DNA from: Novakomyces olei
Lineage: Eukaryota
Reading direction: 5' to 3'
Assembly (NCBI GenBank): GCA_016906335.1
Contig: JADEYG010000003.1
Span: forward strand, 372,001 to 436,000
Length of the DNA stretch: 64,000 nt
Part shown: piece by piece, positions 23,963 through 37,221 of the stretch
Layout: each line of letters begins with the position of its first letter
Position numbering within the stretch: position 1 is the stretch's first letter
Notes under the pieces: model-generated
What the model saw: only the letters and a program-made list of their open reading frames with translations
Database searches by the model: none
Told to the model about the DNA's origin: nothing
Program-made: the position numbers and the translations under genes

Positions 23963-24760
23963 ATGACCTCAGAGCAAGTGCTGAGCTATGTGCAAGCAGG
24001 CGAAGGCTTCTACTTTACTCTAACATGGGCCCAGACGCTTGATGCAAAAATTGGAAAATATGGGAAGCAAGTACGGATTTCGGGTCCAGAGTCACTAGTA
24101 ATGACACATCATTTAAGGCATCATCACGATGCTATTATTGTGGGCGCAGGCACCGTCATAAACGAGAATCCAAGTCTTACGGGTAGGAAATAGTTTTTTG
24201 AGCGTGTATTGTGAAAATAATGGACTTTGATTTTGACGAGATCTTTAACAGCCCGACTACCAAACCCCAAATCGTCTGAGCCGACGGCAAAGCAACCGAA
24301 AGCTATTATCCTTGATGCAAGTTTAAAAAGCTTCTCCCCGCAACTCGCGACAATACAGATGGCAAACTCTAAGCGTCCCATATACGTCTGTCGTTCGGAT
24401 CTACGGGCCGAGATTGAAAAGTCAGATGTGTACAAGACCGTTTTATCCTACGGTATTGAGATACTTTTCATGGACTGCTGGCACAACAGTCCGCAGTACT
24501 GGGACAGCTTGGGGTCCCTTTTGTCTGCAAAAGGATTGCAGAATGCAATGATTGAAGGCGGTGCTGCTGTAATCGAAAACATGCTCGGCCGTCTACAGAG
24601 TCATTCCGTTAATACAAGGTGCAATATTATTGTCACTATAGCACCACGGGTTGCAAATAGGGGTTATGTGGGTATAACTGGCTACGTGGGGACGCTGGAC
24701 TTGCAAGATCCAGAATATTGGACTTTTGGACGTGACATCGTGCTTTGCTCTCATTCGTAA
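23963..24760 (+). CDS. RIB7: Riboflavin biosynthesis pyrimidine reductase; exons 23963-24182, 24252-24760
   Basis: TLTWAQTLDAKI, ISGPESLVMTHHLR, DAIIVGAGTV..ENPSL and MIEGGA. Confidence 0.9.
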
Positions 24761-25221
24761 TAGATTTTTAGGGGAGATTTTCCGGTCAGCGGACCTTGAT
24801 GAATATGAATTGTAAATAAATCATAAATCATTCGTGTAAAAGAAGGCCCTGCGCGTATACGATCATGAACGGTATGATAACGGCAAAACAATCAGAGACT
24901 TGTGGCGCAGAATAGTATATTTGATAAAATGGAAAACGGTTGCCCGAATCACGGGACTGGAAACCAATAAAGTCTATAAGTTGACCGTATTCCAAGTCGG
25001 CAATTAATGTATAGACTGTGTAAAAGGTGGGCTGGCAATCGATAGATAGATAGACGGGTACCCGTGTGCTTATCAGGCGTAGACGATATGATTGTAGTCT
25101 TACTTGTGCGGCAAAGGTATTGGCAAGATTATTATGATTTCAAGTCCTTCTCAACTGAGATCTTTTATGTAATTTTGTTGGCTTCTTGTTAGGAAAGATT
25201 ATCAAACATCTCGGCGGCATC

Positions 25222-26017
25222 ATGTCTCTTTTGGCAAAATACGGGATCAAAGCTACGGCTTTCCCAAGTCTGACACGTAAAGCAGTGTGCATTGGAAGGA
25301 ATTATGCGTAAGAATTGTTATTTGTTTTGTATTTGTACTTTTTATTTATTAATTATCCTTTTTACTCGTATCAACCCTCGACCTTAAACGCTCTAACATC
25401 AAAGCGATCATATCGCAGAACTGGGCAATGAACGGCCAAAAAAGCCGCTCTTTTTTTTCAAACCGGCAACGGCAATTGTTCCCAGTGGAGGATCTGTTCT
25501 AATCGATCGTGATGCCACAGTTCACTACGAAGTTGAATTGGCGGTCGTTGTAGGCAGACTATTAACAGACGTAAAGAGCATGACAAAACAAGAAGCCTAT
25601 GACGCAATTTCTGGCTTTGCGCTTGCAATTGACATGACTTCCCGATCTGCTCAAGATGTTGCCAAGAAAGGGGGTCTGCCTTGGACTGAGGCAAAAGGTG
25701 CAGATACGTTTTTGCCGCTTAGTGGGTTTATTCCAAAATCTCGTATCCCAGATTTTGACAAAGCTGAGATTCATTTATCGTTGAACGGAACTGTAAAGCA
25801 AAATGATTCAACTAGTCTCATGATTTTTAAAATACCGGAAATTCTGTCCCGAATTTCTAAAATTGTATCGCTGGAAGAACACGATATCGTTCTTACTGGC
25901 ACTCCAAAGGGTGTTGGCCCTGTTGTCCCCGGCGACGTTTTACGTGCTGGCATCAGTGTCGATGGCAAGGATATTGAAGAGGGACATTTGGAGGTGGACG
26001 TAAAGTACAAGGACTAG
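25222..26017 (+). CDS. Fumarylacetoacetate-hydrolase family protein (FAHD1/Fmp41-like); exons 25222-25307, 25405-26017
   Basis: CIGRNYADHIAELGN, FFKP, HYEVEL, IDMTSR, KGADTF and LTGTPKGVG. Confidence 0.93.
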
Positions 26018-26260
26018 TCGCGTAGAATGTTGGAATAGAATTGAACTTGTTCAAAGAATTGATAAAATAGAAGTATTAATTTTATTAATTTTATTAATTT
26101 TATCGTTTTTGGTATTTTAATTCTAGTATTCTATTACAATTTTAATATTTAACTAATATTATCTTGTTTATAGAAATGAAAATACAACGTGCAGGAAAAA
26201 TACTGGCATACGATTTCAAATTGCTTCATGTAATTATTTGTCCCAATATAAGTATTCAGA

Positions 26261-29200
26261 TTACAAGTATCGGTGTAGCTTGAGCCAGTCTTCAACGTCC
26301 TGACGATCGCGTTTAACTTGGCCTATCTTGGCTCGAATACCATCGTATACTTGAGCCAAAGTTGCTTCAAATTTAGACGTATCCTTTGTCTTGAAAAACT
26401 CTTGCACTTTTTCAAAGTCTTTTTCAGTCGTGAAATTGCTGGCCAGCACTCGAACCAAATGAGAACGTAGGAAGCCTTTCGGGACTTTTTCGTATATGGC
26501 ATCATAGTTTTCCGTTCCATAGTGCCACAAGAATTCTTGGCCTTCTGCAGTGGCTGTTACTCGCCCCAGAGGAATAAGCATCTCATTCGGACGCACGTCA
26601 TCCGTCATTACAAACTCACATACTTTTTGCCGAAGCTGCTCCGTCGAACCACAGCCAAGAGCAGTAAGAGCTTCAAGTCGCTCCGAAATGTTTTTGCTCG
26701 TCAAGTATATTTCCCGAACTTTTTCCCACTGAGACGTTAGCTCTAAAGTCGAAACCGTTTTTAAATAGGTTAAACTAATGTAAATGTAGAACGAGAAAAA
26801 TGATCAAATTTGAGTCAAGCAAGATGTTGACAATGTCAAAGGTCAACAACAAAAACAAAAAAAAATTTTAAAAAAAAAGACCAAAATATGTAAGCGCTAA
26901 ATATAAAAGCGAAACCCAATTCAATACCTCCTTTAAGCCACCCAATCTAATAGCTGTACCAAAAACCGTTGAGCGGATATTCGGGTCCACTGCCTCAGTA
27001 TTTCCATGGCCGTATTGCAAAAACATTTCCTTGCAAGAAGAGAGAACTTTGGGATCATCGGCTTCTGCAGACGCTCTAAACATAAGAGCCTTGAATTGAT
27101 TCAAGATATCGTCATTTTTGTGGCTTGAAAAATCCCATCCGAGGCTGAGAGTCGTCTCGCTGGTCCAATGACGGAGAAAACGAATAAGAGCGTCTCTGAA
27201 AGCCTTGTCTTCGAACAAAAATACCCGGTTAATTAAACTCAATGCTCTTGTAACCATTGATTCCCAGACACTTAAATTAGTCGGTCTTTTTTATGAAAAA
27301 CATAATACATTAAACGAACTTAAAAATAAAGCAAGAGAATTAACCAATAATGAAAAGCAAATATCATCAATACAAAGTATTGTTATTGATTAAAAAGCGA
27401 CTAATCACACAGCCAAACGTAAAGAAACCAATTTGCTGTTGCTTACACAAAATCTTTCTCTAATCTCCAATTAGACAACAAAGTCAGTAGCGTCGAGGTC
27501 TTTGCATAAGCGCCAGTAGCCAGAGCATCTGCATCTGCAACCATCCCAGCTCGATCTTCGACAGAGAGAAATTTTGGTACTTCTGCTGCAAGCAATGAGA
27601 GCCGGGCCAAGTGTTCTTCTGTATAAGACGTACGAAAGATACTAACATGGTTAGAGTTCAGCTTCGCAGTTTCGGCTGCGCCTTCTCCGATATCGATAGA
27701 CATGGACCTTTCACTTAACACAACATTGTTCTCCACAACAGATCCGTCTCGGCGGACTGATTTAATTCTTAAGGGCACCCAAAAAATAGTCTCATCTTCC
27801 CCATCCTTCACGTCACCTGTCCGTAAAAATCGATGCTGGGTTACTCGTATAGTATTGGCATCTATCTGCTCAACAATAATAGCAGGGTAGCCCGTCCGTT
27901 TTGTCCAATTGTGCATTATTGCGTTTACATCCTTTCCTGAAACTGCTGACAACGAGTCCCAGAGATCCTCTGTTACCGTGTTCCCAAACTTATGCTTCTT
28001 AATGTAATTCGAAATGCCTTTGAGGAAGAGCTCTTCACCTAGGTAGGCAGAGATCATACGGATCAAACAGCTCGATTTTGCATATGAAATATCGTCAAAG
28101 ATCTCGTCAATTTGATCATCGCGCGTGACGGGGACTTCTATAGGATGAGAGCTTCGGAGACTGTCGAGCTGGAGAGCGGACTGGTATTCGTTCGCGACAT
28201 ATGATTGCCATACTTTCCATTCGGGGAAGAAGATATTGCAAGCGTACGCAGACATCCATGTAGCAAAGCCTGATGATTAGAACAAGGTTCGACGATGGTC
28301 TAGCAAGTAAAGCTTGGAAAAATAATAATTAATCATTCAGATTTAATCAAATAAAATAACATAATTCAATTCAATTCAATTCAATTCAATTCAATTCAAT
28401 TTAATATAAAAAACTATAAGGAAAATAAGAAAAACAGATCAAACATGAACAGACATGAACAGACAATAATTTTAAATCAAAAAAAAAAGAAAAGAAAAAA
28501 AAAGAAAGAAAGAAAGAAAGAAATATGTCGTACCTTCATTCAGCCACAATCCGTCCCAGAATTTCATTGTCACAATGTTACCGAACCACTGATGAGCCAG
28601 TTCGTGTACGAGAACTTTATTATTATGTTAGCACCAGAATCGATATCGGTCAATGTACCTTCAGCAAGAGTGCTTTTAGCCTTGGAACCTGATGTTTCCT
28701 CATCAAACAAAAGGTAATGATCTCGAAAGGTGATCAAGCCCCTTGAATTTGTTAGTTTTAATATCAAACAGCATTTTGAGCATACCAATTCTCCATTGCA
28801 CCAGCCTCAAAATCAGGAATGCTTATAAGATCACTTTTTGGCAAGTGATATGGAACGTCAAACGTCTTGGAGTAAAATTCAAGAGTTTTTGCTGCTAATT
28901 GCAGGGCAAACCTGCCTTGTTCTTGACGGCCGGGCTGAGTCCATACTCTGATGGGGATACGTGGCATAAACTCGCCTTTGGTCTCTGTCTCGATGTACGC
29001 AAAATCACAAATTGCCCACGCTAGAAGCTGGTAAATTAGTATTTGAATAGAACAACGTTTTGTTCATATCATTATTCATCGACCAATTCTTGTTCAACCT
29101 CCTTTCATTTAATACGTTTTCCTTAATTATTGATATTTATTGTAATTTTATTCGCCCAGTTTCATCTTACATAAGTGCTCATTATAGGAGTCTGCTCAAA

Positions 29201-30148
29201 TTGAACAAGCTGGAGTGACTCGCCCGCTTGGTTTTGGAACTCTGTGCGTTGAGCAGTGGGCATATTTGCGAGAACAGTATATTTCGCATCAGTCTCGATA
29301 CGGATATCGAACGTCGCCTTGTGTGCAGGCTCATCCCAGCACGGGAAAGCTTCACGACATCCCAATGGCTCCATTTGCGTAACACCCATCCAGCGCCGCT
29401 CGCCTTCATCATTTACGTACCCCGAGCGGTAAAAGCCCTGCACACCATCTTTAACTTCTGAGGTGAACAGAATACGTAAAAGCGCCAGCTTGCCTTGCTT
29501 GTTTGTACTAATTTTTTCCGGTAGCTTGAGGCAAGCAACGCTTTCTTCGTAGCTCACATGCTCCTGTGAAAGGGAGAATCTGTGCTGTTAGAAGCAACAT
29601 GAAAACGATAAAACAAGGCACTTTTATAAAAAAAAAAGGTGCTATTAAAGAAAGGCCTGTTGTAATTGCAGCCCGTCAACGGCCGACAGCGGACATAAAC
29701 AAGGAATCTTTTAGAAAAAGACAATTCACAAATAAAATGGCAGATAAACTTAGAATAAGAATAAATTATTAATAATAAAATGTCAGAGATATTCAGCATA
29801 CTGTTTTCCATTGTAGTCGAGAATAACCCAGTCGATACGTTTACCGACAAAATGAAAGTAAATCTCTTGAGTTTCTTGTTCGACACTCAACTGCACTTGC
29901 ACGTTGCCATGGTACAAAAATGTACGCATGTCCACAGCCAGTGTCAGATCATAATGTCTCGGTATCACATTGTCCGGCAGCAAATGGCGCCGCGGTGCCG
30001 CCTCTCCGACAGCCATTGGAGTCGGGGTAGTAATTGAGCGCGAAGGAGATGAGAGAAAAGTTCTTGGCCACAAACTTGCTGCACTACGTCCCAGTAGAAA
30101 CGGCGCTGTGAGTGGTCTATTGCAGGCCGCCCGTACCGCTGCAAGCAT
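26261..30148 (-). CDS. M1-family (puromycin-sensitive, Ape2-like) aminopeptidase, 7 exons
   Basis: [55 protein letters not shown] and IFDDISYAK. Six GT-AG introns join the ORF fragments. Confidence 0.93.
28365..28400. repeat. (TTCAA)n pentanucleotide repeat inside an aminopeptidase intron
   Basis: About 7 tandem units visible. Confidence 0.9.
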
Positions 30149-31090
30149 ATACAATCCGACGAATGAGACGCCCCTCTTTCAGAAAACGATTGGGCTTTTC
30201 AGTATCAATGCTGCCGATTAGTTTGAGCTGTACAACGATAACGGCTTGTCTCAAAAAGCGATTGCCCCTTGTGTTTTAAAGGTTGTATGAGATTAGACGG
30301 GTCATAGACTATATCAATTACGTTTAAACGCGAATATTATACTAGTGCAAATGCCATAGACATATAAATATCGTAATATTAGTATCGTTATAAAATGTCG
30401 CAATATAATGTCACAATATAATGTCATAATACAATACAAGTCATAATACAATAAGTTAGCGTTGACATAACATATGACTGTCTGGCTCAATTACCTGCTC
30501 GTAGGCTTACTTGCGAAGCGATAATTAAGCTCTTATCATATAATAAAAACAAGAGAAAAAGCCATTAGCCTCAGTCCGCACGGTGAGAGCAGGTCGGCGT
30601 GCAATAAGCATTCACCTTTAAATTAAACGAATCAATAGCTTGGCCAGCGGCGTGTCGAGCGGGCTTCAAGCGTCTCTTCACGTGGTCAATGATTTTGCTG
30701 TTTTTTTAATCATATAAACTATTCTGTAAACGAGTTTTACTTTACTGTTTATTACAAAACTCTACGGGCGGGATTTATCCCACTCGTTTAGCCTGTCATT
30801 TCATGTTTCTTATTACAATTTTCACCTATTCGGGTTGTCGAGCAGCCGTATCTGCCGCGACTGACTGACTCCCTTTTAAATCGTGAATAAATCGCCGACA
30901 TAATTACAATTAAACGCGAAAATCCAGAAACCTGTATAAACCACATATCAATTTTAGGCACTAGAGCCTAAGCTTCATACCCCAATATATGGGATGTGGG
31001 GTAAAGTGGGCGGGCTGGTTATTTGCGTATAGATTATAAATTATGTACGCCGCACTATATTCGCAAAGGTAAACCCAAAACTGACAAAAA

Positions 31091-32050
31091 ATGCCTGCTA
31101 AATATCTCGTTACTGGAGCCGGAGGATTCGTGGGCAATCGGCTCGCATTAGCGCTGTTGGAGAATGACCCTTCGTGCCACGTGGTACTTACTGATATTGT
31201 GGAGCCTCCATTGCCTCCGCAATTCAAGTCCAGGGCGACGCCAGTACGTGCGGATATCCTCGAGTCAGCTCATGATTTAATTTTAAATCAAGATTTAGAT
31301 GCTGTTTTCTGCTTGCACGGGATCATGTCGGGCCAGTCCGAGTCCGATTGGCCACTAGGCATGCGTGTTAATATAGACGCGACGCGTGCCCTATTGGACG
31401 CGGTAAAAGAGGAAGGTCAAGCACGTAAAATAGCGCTGCCATTTATTTTCACTTCCAGTATCGCTGTCTATGGTGGTGATGTTCCTACTCCGATCGGGGA
31501 GACTACAGCGACTATTCCACAAAGCTCTTATGGAACGGAAAAAGCGATCTGTGAGCTTCTTATCAATGACTACTCCCGACGAGGATGGATCGATGGCCGA
31601 ATTGGCCGTCTGCCTACTATTTGTATCCGGCCAGGAAAACCAAGTTCAGCGGCCTCTAGTTACGTGTCTGGAATCATTCGTGAGCCATTGAATGGGATCC
31701 CACACGAATGCCCTGTTCCTACGGACACTTTGGCCTGGATTTCCTCACCGAGCACATTGATCCACAATCTGATCTACATGCTGAGTGTGCCCAAGGAGAG
31801 CTTTGGGCTGACTCGAATCGTAAATCTGCCCGGTATCCTCGTGTCTGTTGAGGAGCAAATTGAAGCTCTACGCCGTGTTAAGCCGGAAGCAGTATCCCTG
31901 GTTTCGGTGAAGCCGGATCCTGCCGTGCTGCAAATCGTGAATGGATGGCTAACGCAGTTTACAGCCAAGCGCGCGCTCGGTCTTGGATTTAAGCAGGACA
32001 GTACTTTTGACGATTGTATTCGCGAGTACTTGGTCACTCTTGGCAAGTAA
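31091..32050 (+). CDS. NAD-dependent epimerase/dehydratase (extended SDR, D-erythronate dehydrogenase-like), intronless
   Basis: TGAGGFVG, FTSSIAVYG, YGTEK (YxxxK), DYSRRG and RLPT...RPGKP. Confidence 0.9.
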   Translation: MPAKYLVTGAGGFVGNRLALALLENDPSCHVVLTDIVEPPLPPQFKSRATPVRADILESAHDLILNQDLDAVFCLHGIMSGQSESDWPLGMRVNIDATRALLDAVKEEGQARKIALPFIFTSSIAVYGGDVPTPIGETTATIPQSSYGTEKAICELLINDYSRRGWIDGRIGRLPTICIRPGKPSSAASSYVSGIIREPLNGIPHECPVPTDTLAWISSPSTLIHNLIYMLSVPKESFGLTRIVNLPGILVSVEEQIEALRRVKPEAVSLVSVKPDPAVLQIVNGWLTQFTAKRALGLGFKQDSTFDDCIREYLVTLGK

Positions 32051-32749
32051 AAGCAGGCTCTCTGATAGATTACTAGAGTAGATTGGATCGTGGTGATTAG
32101 CAAAGTGGTGGACCGAACGAAACCCCTAATGTTGATATTGCAATTATTGTTCGCCTGAAATTTGTTAATTGTAAAAAGTAGTCTGGTTTCTAATCTGGCT
32201 TCTAAAAAATAGTCTGGCTTCCAGTGCTATTCTCCCAATGTACGAGAGCAATTACGCGAGCATAATTTATTTTATTATAATTTATTTTAATTATCGCAGC
32301 TGCCTATTTATTAATTTATTTTGCAGGTTTTTATTTACCATCCGGCTTTGACAGGAGATAACGTTATTAAAAAAGTCGTAAAGATAAAACTCGTTATCGA
32401 AGCGCGAGATCTACAAGCAATATAATCAATCTAAAGTCCAGTAGGAGGATCATTGTCAGATAATTAATATAAGTCAAATCTTCCGTTAAACCTTATATCT
32501 TTCACGTGACTCGAGGTGCCCGGTTAAAGGGGTGTGGGAACGGCCGCCGTACTTTTGCTCAAGCCGAGTGTGAGTACACATTACGGTTTTATTCCTCTTT
32601 GATGTGATCTTTAGCACGTTGAAAGGTCTCATCGTCCTGTTTCAAGCTGGAAAACTTATCAAGCCTTTGTCAGAGATAACAAGGCCAAAGGCGTTTATTG
32701 GGTGCTTTAGCACAGAGCCGGACTGCTCCTTGTTCTCTCTCTGCTGAGA

Positions 32750-34584
32750 ATGAGCGCTATGAGCTTCTTCACTCATTGCTCAAGCGTGCACAGCAATATG
32801 GCCGCCGAGACGCGCAAAAGTAATTCCGAAATATACTTTCATGAGTGCGATGATACCGTGCTGGAAACAAAATTGCCCCGGAATCATTTGCTCGATGTGC
32901 CAAACGAAATATTTGACGAAATTTTACGCTACTTGACCATTCGGCAGCGGATAAAGGTGGCAAATGTTTGCAGGGACTGGCAAGCTCGTGTGTACTCGAG
33001 CGATATTTGGCGGGTATGGGACTTGTCTTTTTATCGAACCGTTATGCCTTCTTGGTTCGTTGCAAAGCTCGTGCTGCGCACCTACCCGCGTATACGTTAC
33101 ATGAATCTAGCGTAAGTTTGGCTTTGTACAACGATCTGTTTCTTTTTGGTTTATTTGCTTATTTCTATTTTTATTTTATTTTTGGTTGTAAAAGGTTGAT
33201 TAATTATTGCTCAATCCTTGTGGTCTTTAAAATCTGATCTGTACTTCTCCTTCAAGGACTGTGTACTGGCAATTAATTCTGTCGTCAGCTCCTTCTTTAA
33301 TTTCCTCCGCATTGCCAATGTCTTGCTAATGCTAACGGCAGAAACTCGACTGGCCCCTCTCTTCATGAAGTGGACTTGATGGCCCTTAAAGTCTGTTTCA
33401 ATCTGTTAGGTGCTTCTCTGGAATCTCATTTGCTGGACTTAAACCTTTTGCAACGCGTTATTCGCTCAAGTCCTTCGCTGGGAAAACTGAGTCTTTACGG
33501 AAATGTTGGATCGTTTGCAGTTTGCCATGAAATTTCTATCAATTGTCCGCACATTGAGGAATTGGACCTTTCTTACGCACAATGCCTATCTGATAGCGGT
33601 CTCTTGTGCATTGTGCGTAGATGTAGAAGGCTTCGAGTACTAAAGATTGCCGGAGTTTCCTTTGGCTCAAACGTTATGGGAGAAATCCACAATCTCGAGC
33701 GACTGGAATATCTATGCCTTTCGCACACTCGCTTAACAAATGAAGGCCTGAAAGCTTTTGCAATAGGCAATAAAGCCGATAATGAAACAGTTGCTGATAA
33801 TGAGACAGGAACTGATACTTATTCCAATCACGAGCTTCTACCTCTCCAAAAACTGGACTTGATGTCGTGTCAGCGCGTTTCCACCGCGGGCCTTTTGTCA
33901 TTGATTGGAATTGTTCCTCACCTTGAATCTCTTGATTTGACTTGTACACTCGACGATCCTCGCGATGATTTGGACGTTTTACTTGATCTCCTGAGGAACT
34001 TGAAAAAGCTGCGTGTGTTTTTACTGGAATCGTGTACTGGGCTCGGCGATAGTGTACTTTATGCTATATGTGATGCTCTTCACCAGAGTCTGATCCACCT
34101 GCGCCTGTCTGCCTGTCGTAATATTACTGATCAATCCATTATTTATGCTTTGCAGAGCTGCAGTATTTTGGGAAGGCTCGATTTGGATAATACGTGTGCC
34201 AGTGATGCGGTCGTACTGGAAGCATGCAGCCTTTTAAAGATGCGTGATCTCTGCCCGCTTGATGGCATTTTAAGGATAATCATGTACGATTGCCGACGTG
34301 TCACTTGGAAGGCTGTTTACGCTGCCATGGAACATAATGAAATGGCAAAGAAACAAGTGAATACTGGACTGATTCATGTTAAAGCTGGGCCTGATTTACA
34401 GCAGCCTTTTGAAGCACATTTTAGATTGCTGCAGAAAGGGAAGCTCGGGGAAGCAGCGAAAAGGGCAAAGGAGTTTTGTCGTCAGTACACGGAGCAGGAA
34501 GATGACACGCATGTTACTGCGCAAAACATGCGTGATAATATAAGGCGGCAGGCGGAGAGAAGGCCTTCATGTATTTTGATGTAA
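32750..34584 (+). CDS. F-box/leucine-rich-repeat protein with C-terminal CaaX; exons 32750-33111, 33342-34584 (start may be 32759 or 32798)
   Basis: F-box LLDVPNEIFDEILRYL...VCRDW, cysteine-containing LRRs, ends CILM. Confidence 0.88.
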
Positions 34585-35321
34585 TTGTATACATATATAC
34601 ATATATACAATTACTATGTTGGTTCAACCGAACCATGGTCTGTATACTTTAACTATTTTGAAAAACAACGGTCATCATACAGATAGTATAGGATGATGTG
34701 GCCTTGTTTGATCAGAATTAGGATATCATTATGGGTTGGGTTTTAGGGTCGGTTCAGAGTCGGTCAGGGTTATGGTTTGATTTGATTTGGTTTGATTTGG
34801 TACTGATGATGGTTTGCTTGGGTCGGTTGTAAGGAAGGTTGGTGAGAGAGGCTGTTGGGTTTTACATACTGGAAGCGTAGCACTTATTTTAATATGATTG
34901 TGTAAAAGCATGGACACTCCTGCAATAGCGATTCAATTTATTTTGGCATATAATTCTCTGAATAAAAAGTGCGTAATACACCATTTGAGCTCGTAGTGGA
35001 TCGACAAAGTAGTATACATTAGATGGGTATTGTGGCACAGCTATCCGGTCAAAATTAAACGCGGCGCTTCTTACAGAATACTACATCAGCTAATACCTCC
35101 AACCGATTTCGTCGATCCAACACACGTCGCCAACAAGGCTTTAAAGAGCGCCACGGTATCAGATTCTACATTTTCGCCGTGTAAGGGAAGAGTGATCAAC
35201 GAGTCAAGTGTCTCGAGATATAATATATAAGGCTGAAGGAAAAACTGTTCTGGATATCGAATAGAATGATGCTATTAGACCTTTAATTTCTTCGCTAGGC
35301 ATACAAGTGTAGGTTATGCGT

Positions 35322-35759
35322 TTAATCGAAAAGACCAAAGCCCATCTGAACGTTAGTTAGAGAAACAGAAATTTAGTAAAAGCCTTACGTCTTCGTCCGA
35401 CTCCTCGGCGGCTTCCTCCTTCTTCTCCTCCTTAGCCTCTGCAGCGGCTTCACCACCAGCGGCGGCGGCAGGTGCAGCACCAGCAGGAGCCGCAGCACCG
35501 GCGCCGGAGCCGATGTTCGTCAGAAGCTCCTTTACGTCTTTGCCCTCGAAAGCTTTAGCGAACAGGGAGACCCAGATGGGCTCAACCTCGACGCCAGCGG
35601 CCTTGACGAGAGAGTTCAATTTGTCGGCCTTTAAAACGGGAAAAATGTTAGACAAGTCGAAACAAGTAAAGCATTCGTAAGCATTCGTACCTCAATGGCA
35701 AGACCCTCGTCCGCCAAGATGAGCGCCGCATAAGAAACTGCCTGTTCTGAAGTAGACAT
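35322..35759 (-). CDS. RPP1: 60S acidic ribosomal protein P1; exons 35759-35691, 35628-35389, 35345-35322
   Basis: [22 protein letters not shown], Ala-rich hinge and EESDEDMGFGLFD. Confidence 0.97.
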
Positions 35760-35825
35760 TGTTTGTGTGTATTTGTGGTGTTGCACGTATCGCTGCTTCA
35801 GTCGTGTGTATACTCGAGAGCTGTG

Positions 35826-35850
35826 TGTGACTGAACTATAACCCTAACCT
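35826..35850 (-). promoter_or_regulatory. Homol-D box (TGTGACTG, 35826-35833) and Homol-E-like box (ACCCTAACCT, 35841-35850) of RPP1
   Basis: Exact Homol-D and a 1-mismatch Homol-E, 67-91 bp upstream of the ATG. Confidence 0.85.
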
Positions 35851-36274
35851 AGGCACAGTATATAGTCAATAGAGTGAGACTCGAGAGATGGGCGGTGATG
35901 GTTTGTAACTGATACTATAATCAGTATTTTATAAACAGGTTACCAACAAGTCATCTACCGGCCAAGCACACTGAGCTGCAAAAAAGGAAGGACATGGCAA
36001 GCATAGGAGAAATATGGTATAATCGGAAAATAGAGGATTATTAAAAGAAAACTGGCAATAGTAACTCGAGTGCTGTACGCTCTACGCTAAAGCGTAAAGA
36101 CCAACTTACTTAAATACTGCGCTTGCACTTGCTACATTGTTTCCATTGACGTGATATTTACATGGTTTACGATTGAGAAACATGCGTCGGCATGTAGACC
36201 AAAGTACATTAAAGTACATGCAAACAACATTTATCCATCCTGCTATTAAACAGCCATTAACGAGTATGCAATTA

Positions 36275-36885
36275 CTACTTCTTCTTGGATACACCGACAG
36301 TCTTTCCGCGACGGCCGGTAGTCTTGGTATGCTGGCCACGTACACGGATGCCCCAATAGTGACGCAGGCCACGGTGAGCACGGATCTTCTTCAACCGCTC
36401 CAAATCCTCACGAAGCTTTCCGTCAACCTGGTTAGCAAGAGCGTGCTGCGTCTTGCCGTCTGTAGGATCACGCTGACGGTTGAGAAACCATGCGGGAATC
36501 TTGTAGTTTTGCGGGTTTTGCAGAATCGTGACAACCCGCTCGAGCTCTTCAATTGTAAGCTCACCAGCCCTGTCATATTAGTCTCCGTTCCGTCAAATAT
36601 TAAAAGTATGAATTCGTCCTGCAAAAACATTTTTCGACAGGCAAACCAAAATGAATTGGGGTTCATACCGCTTGGACAGGTCGACATCGGCCTTCTTCAA
36701 GACGAGGTTAGAGTATCGGCGACCGACACCTTTGATCTGGGTGAGGGCGTACATCACCTTGATTTTACCGTCGACATTGGTATTGAGGAGACGCAGAATG
36801 TGCTGGAAGTTCTCCGGCGGTACGAGAGACTGAAAGTTAGCGGACGGACACGGACGCACAAGCACGCGGAGTCTGCACTTACCAT
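36275..36885 (-). CDS. RPS18: 40S ribosomal protein S18 (uS13); exons 36885-36883 (ATG only), 36829-36669, 36569-36275
   Basis: [29 protein letters not shown] and [15 protein letters not shown]. Confidence 0.97.
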
Positions 36886-36963
36886 ATTGTCTGTGTCTGT
36901 GTCTGTTTGTATGTGCGAGAGTGTATGCTACTCGAACCTCGTTTGTTGTGTACCGCTAAAACG

Positions 36964-36980
36964 CAGTCACACCCTACCCT
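36964..36980. promoter_or_regulatory. Homol-D (CAGTCACA) overlapping Homol-E (ACCCTACCCT) upstream of RPS18
   Basis: Exact matches to both fission-yeast ribosomal protein promoter elements. Confidence 0.9.
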
Positions 36981-37118
36981 ATTCACTGGTACGACGTGTT
37001 TATTATAGTGTCTTTTTGTAGTATGTACGCTGCTGTATGGACAAATTATTTTTATATACATTATTGTATATAACGAACGATAAATAAATCAGATAACGAA
37101 ATACACCTATATAACGAT

Positions 37119-37159
37119 AGGGTAGGGCTACACTCAGCATAAGTCCTGGAACAGTCACA
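37119..37159 (+). promoter_or_regulatory. Homol-E (AGGGTAGGG, 37119-37127) and Homol-D (CAGTCACA, 37152-37159) upstream of RPL4
   Basis: Homol-E then Homol-D, ending about 60 bp before the ATG. Confidence 0.9.
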
Positions 37160-37221
37160 GTGTACAAACAAAGCAAGTGTACACACGAGCAAAACTAACC
37201 ATACAGCAAACAACGCAATCA

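Noticed and set aside
25222..32050. FAH hydrolase plus DenD-like SDR as a sugar-acid cluster
   Set aside because: Separated by an aminopeptidase, the FAH gene looks like housekeeping FAHD1, and no transporter or regulator is adjacent.
32700..32770. GGGTGC...CTGAGA resembling a TPP riboswitch 5' half
   Set aside because: No downstream GAACYTGAT...TAAT...GCG half, and the gene is unrelated to thiamine.
36173..37021. 282-aa ORF antisense to RPS18
   Set aside because: Typical shadow ORF of a codon-biased ribosomal gene; TTG start; runs through promoter boxes.
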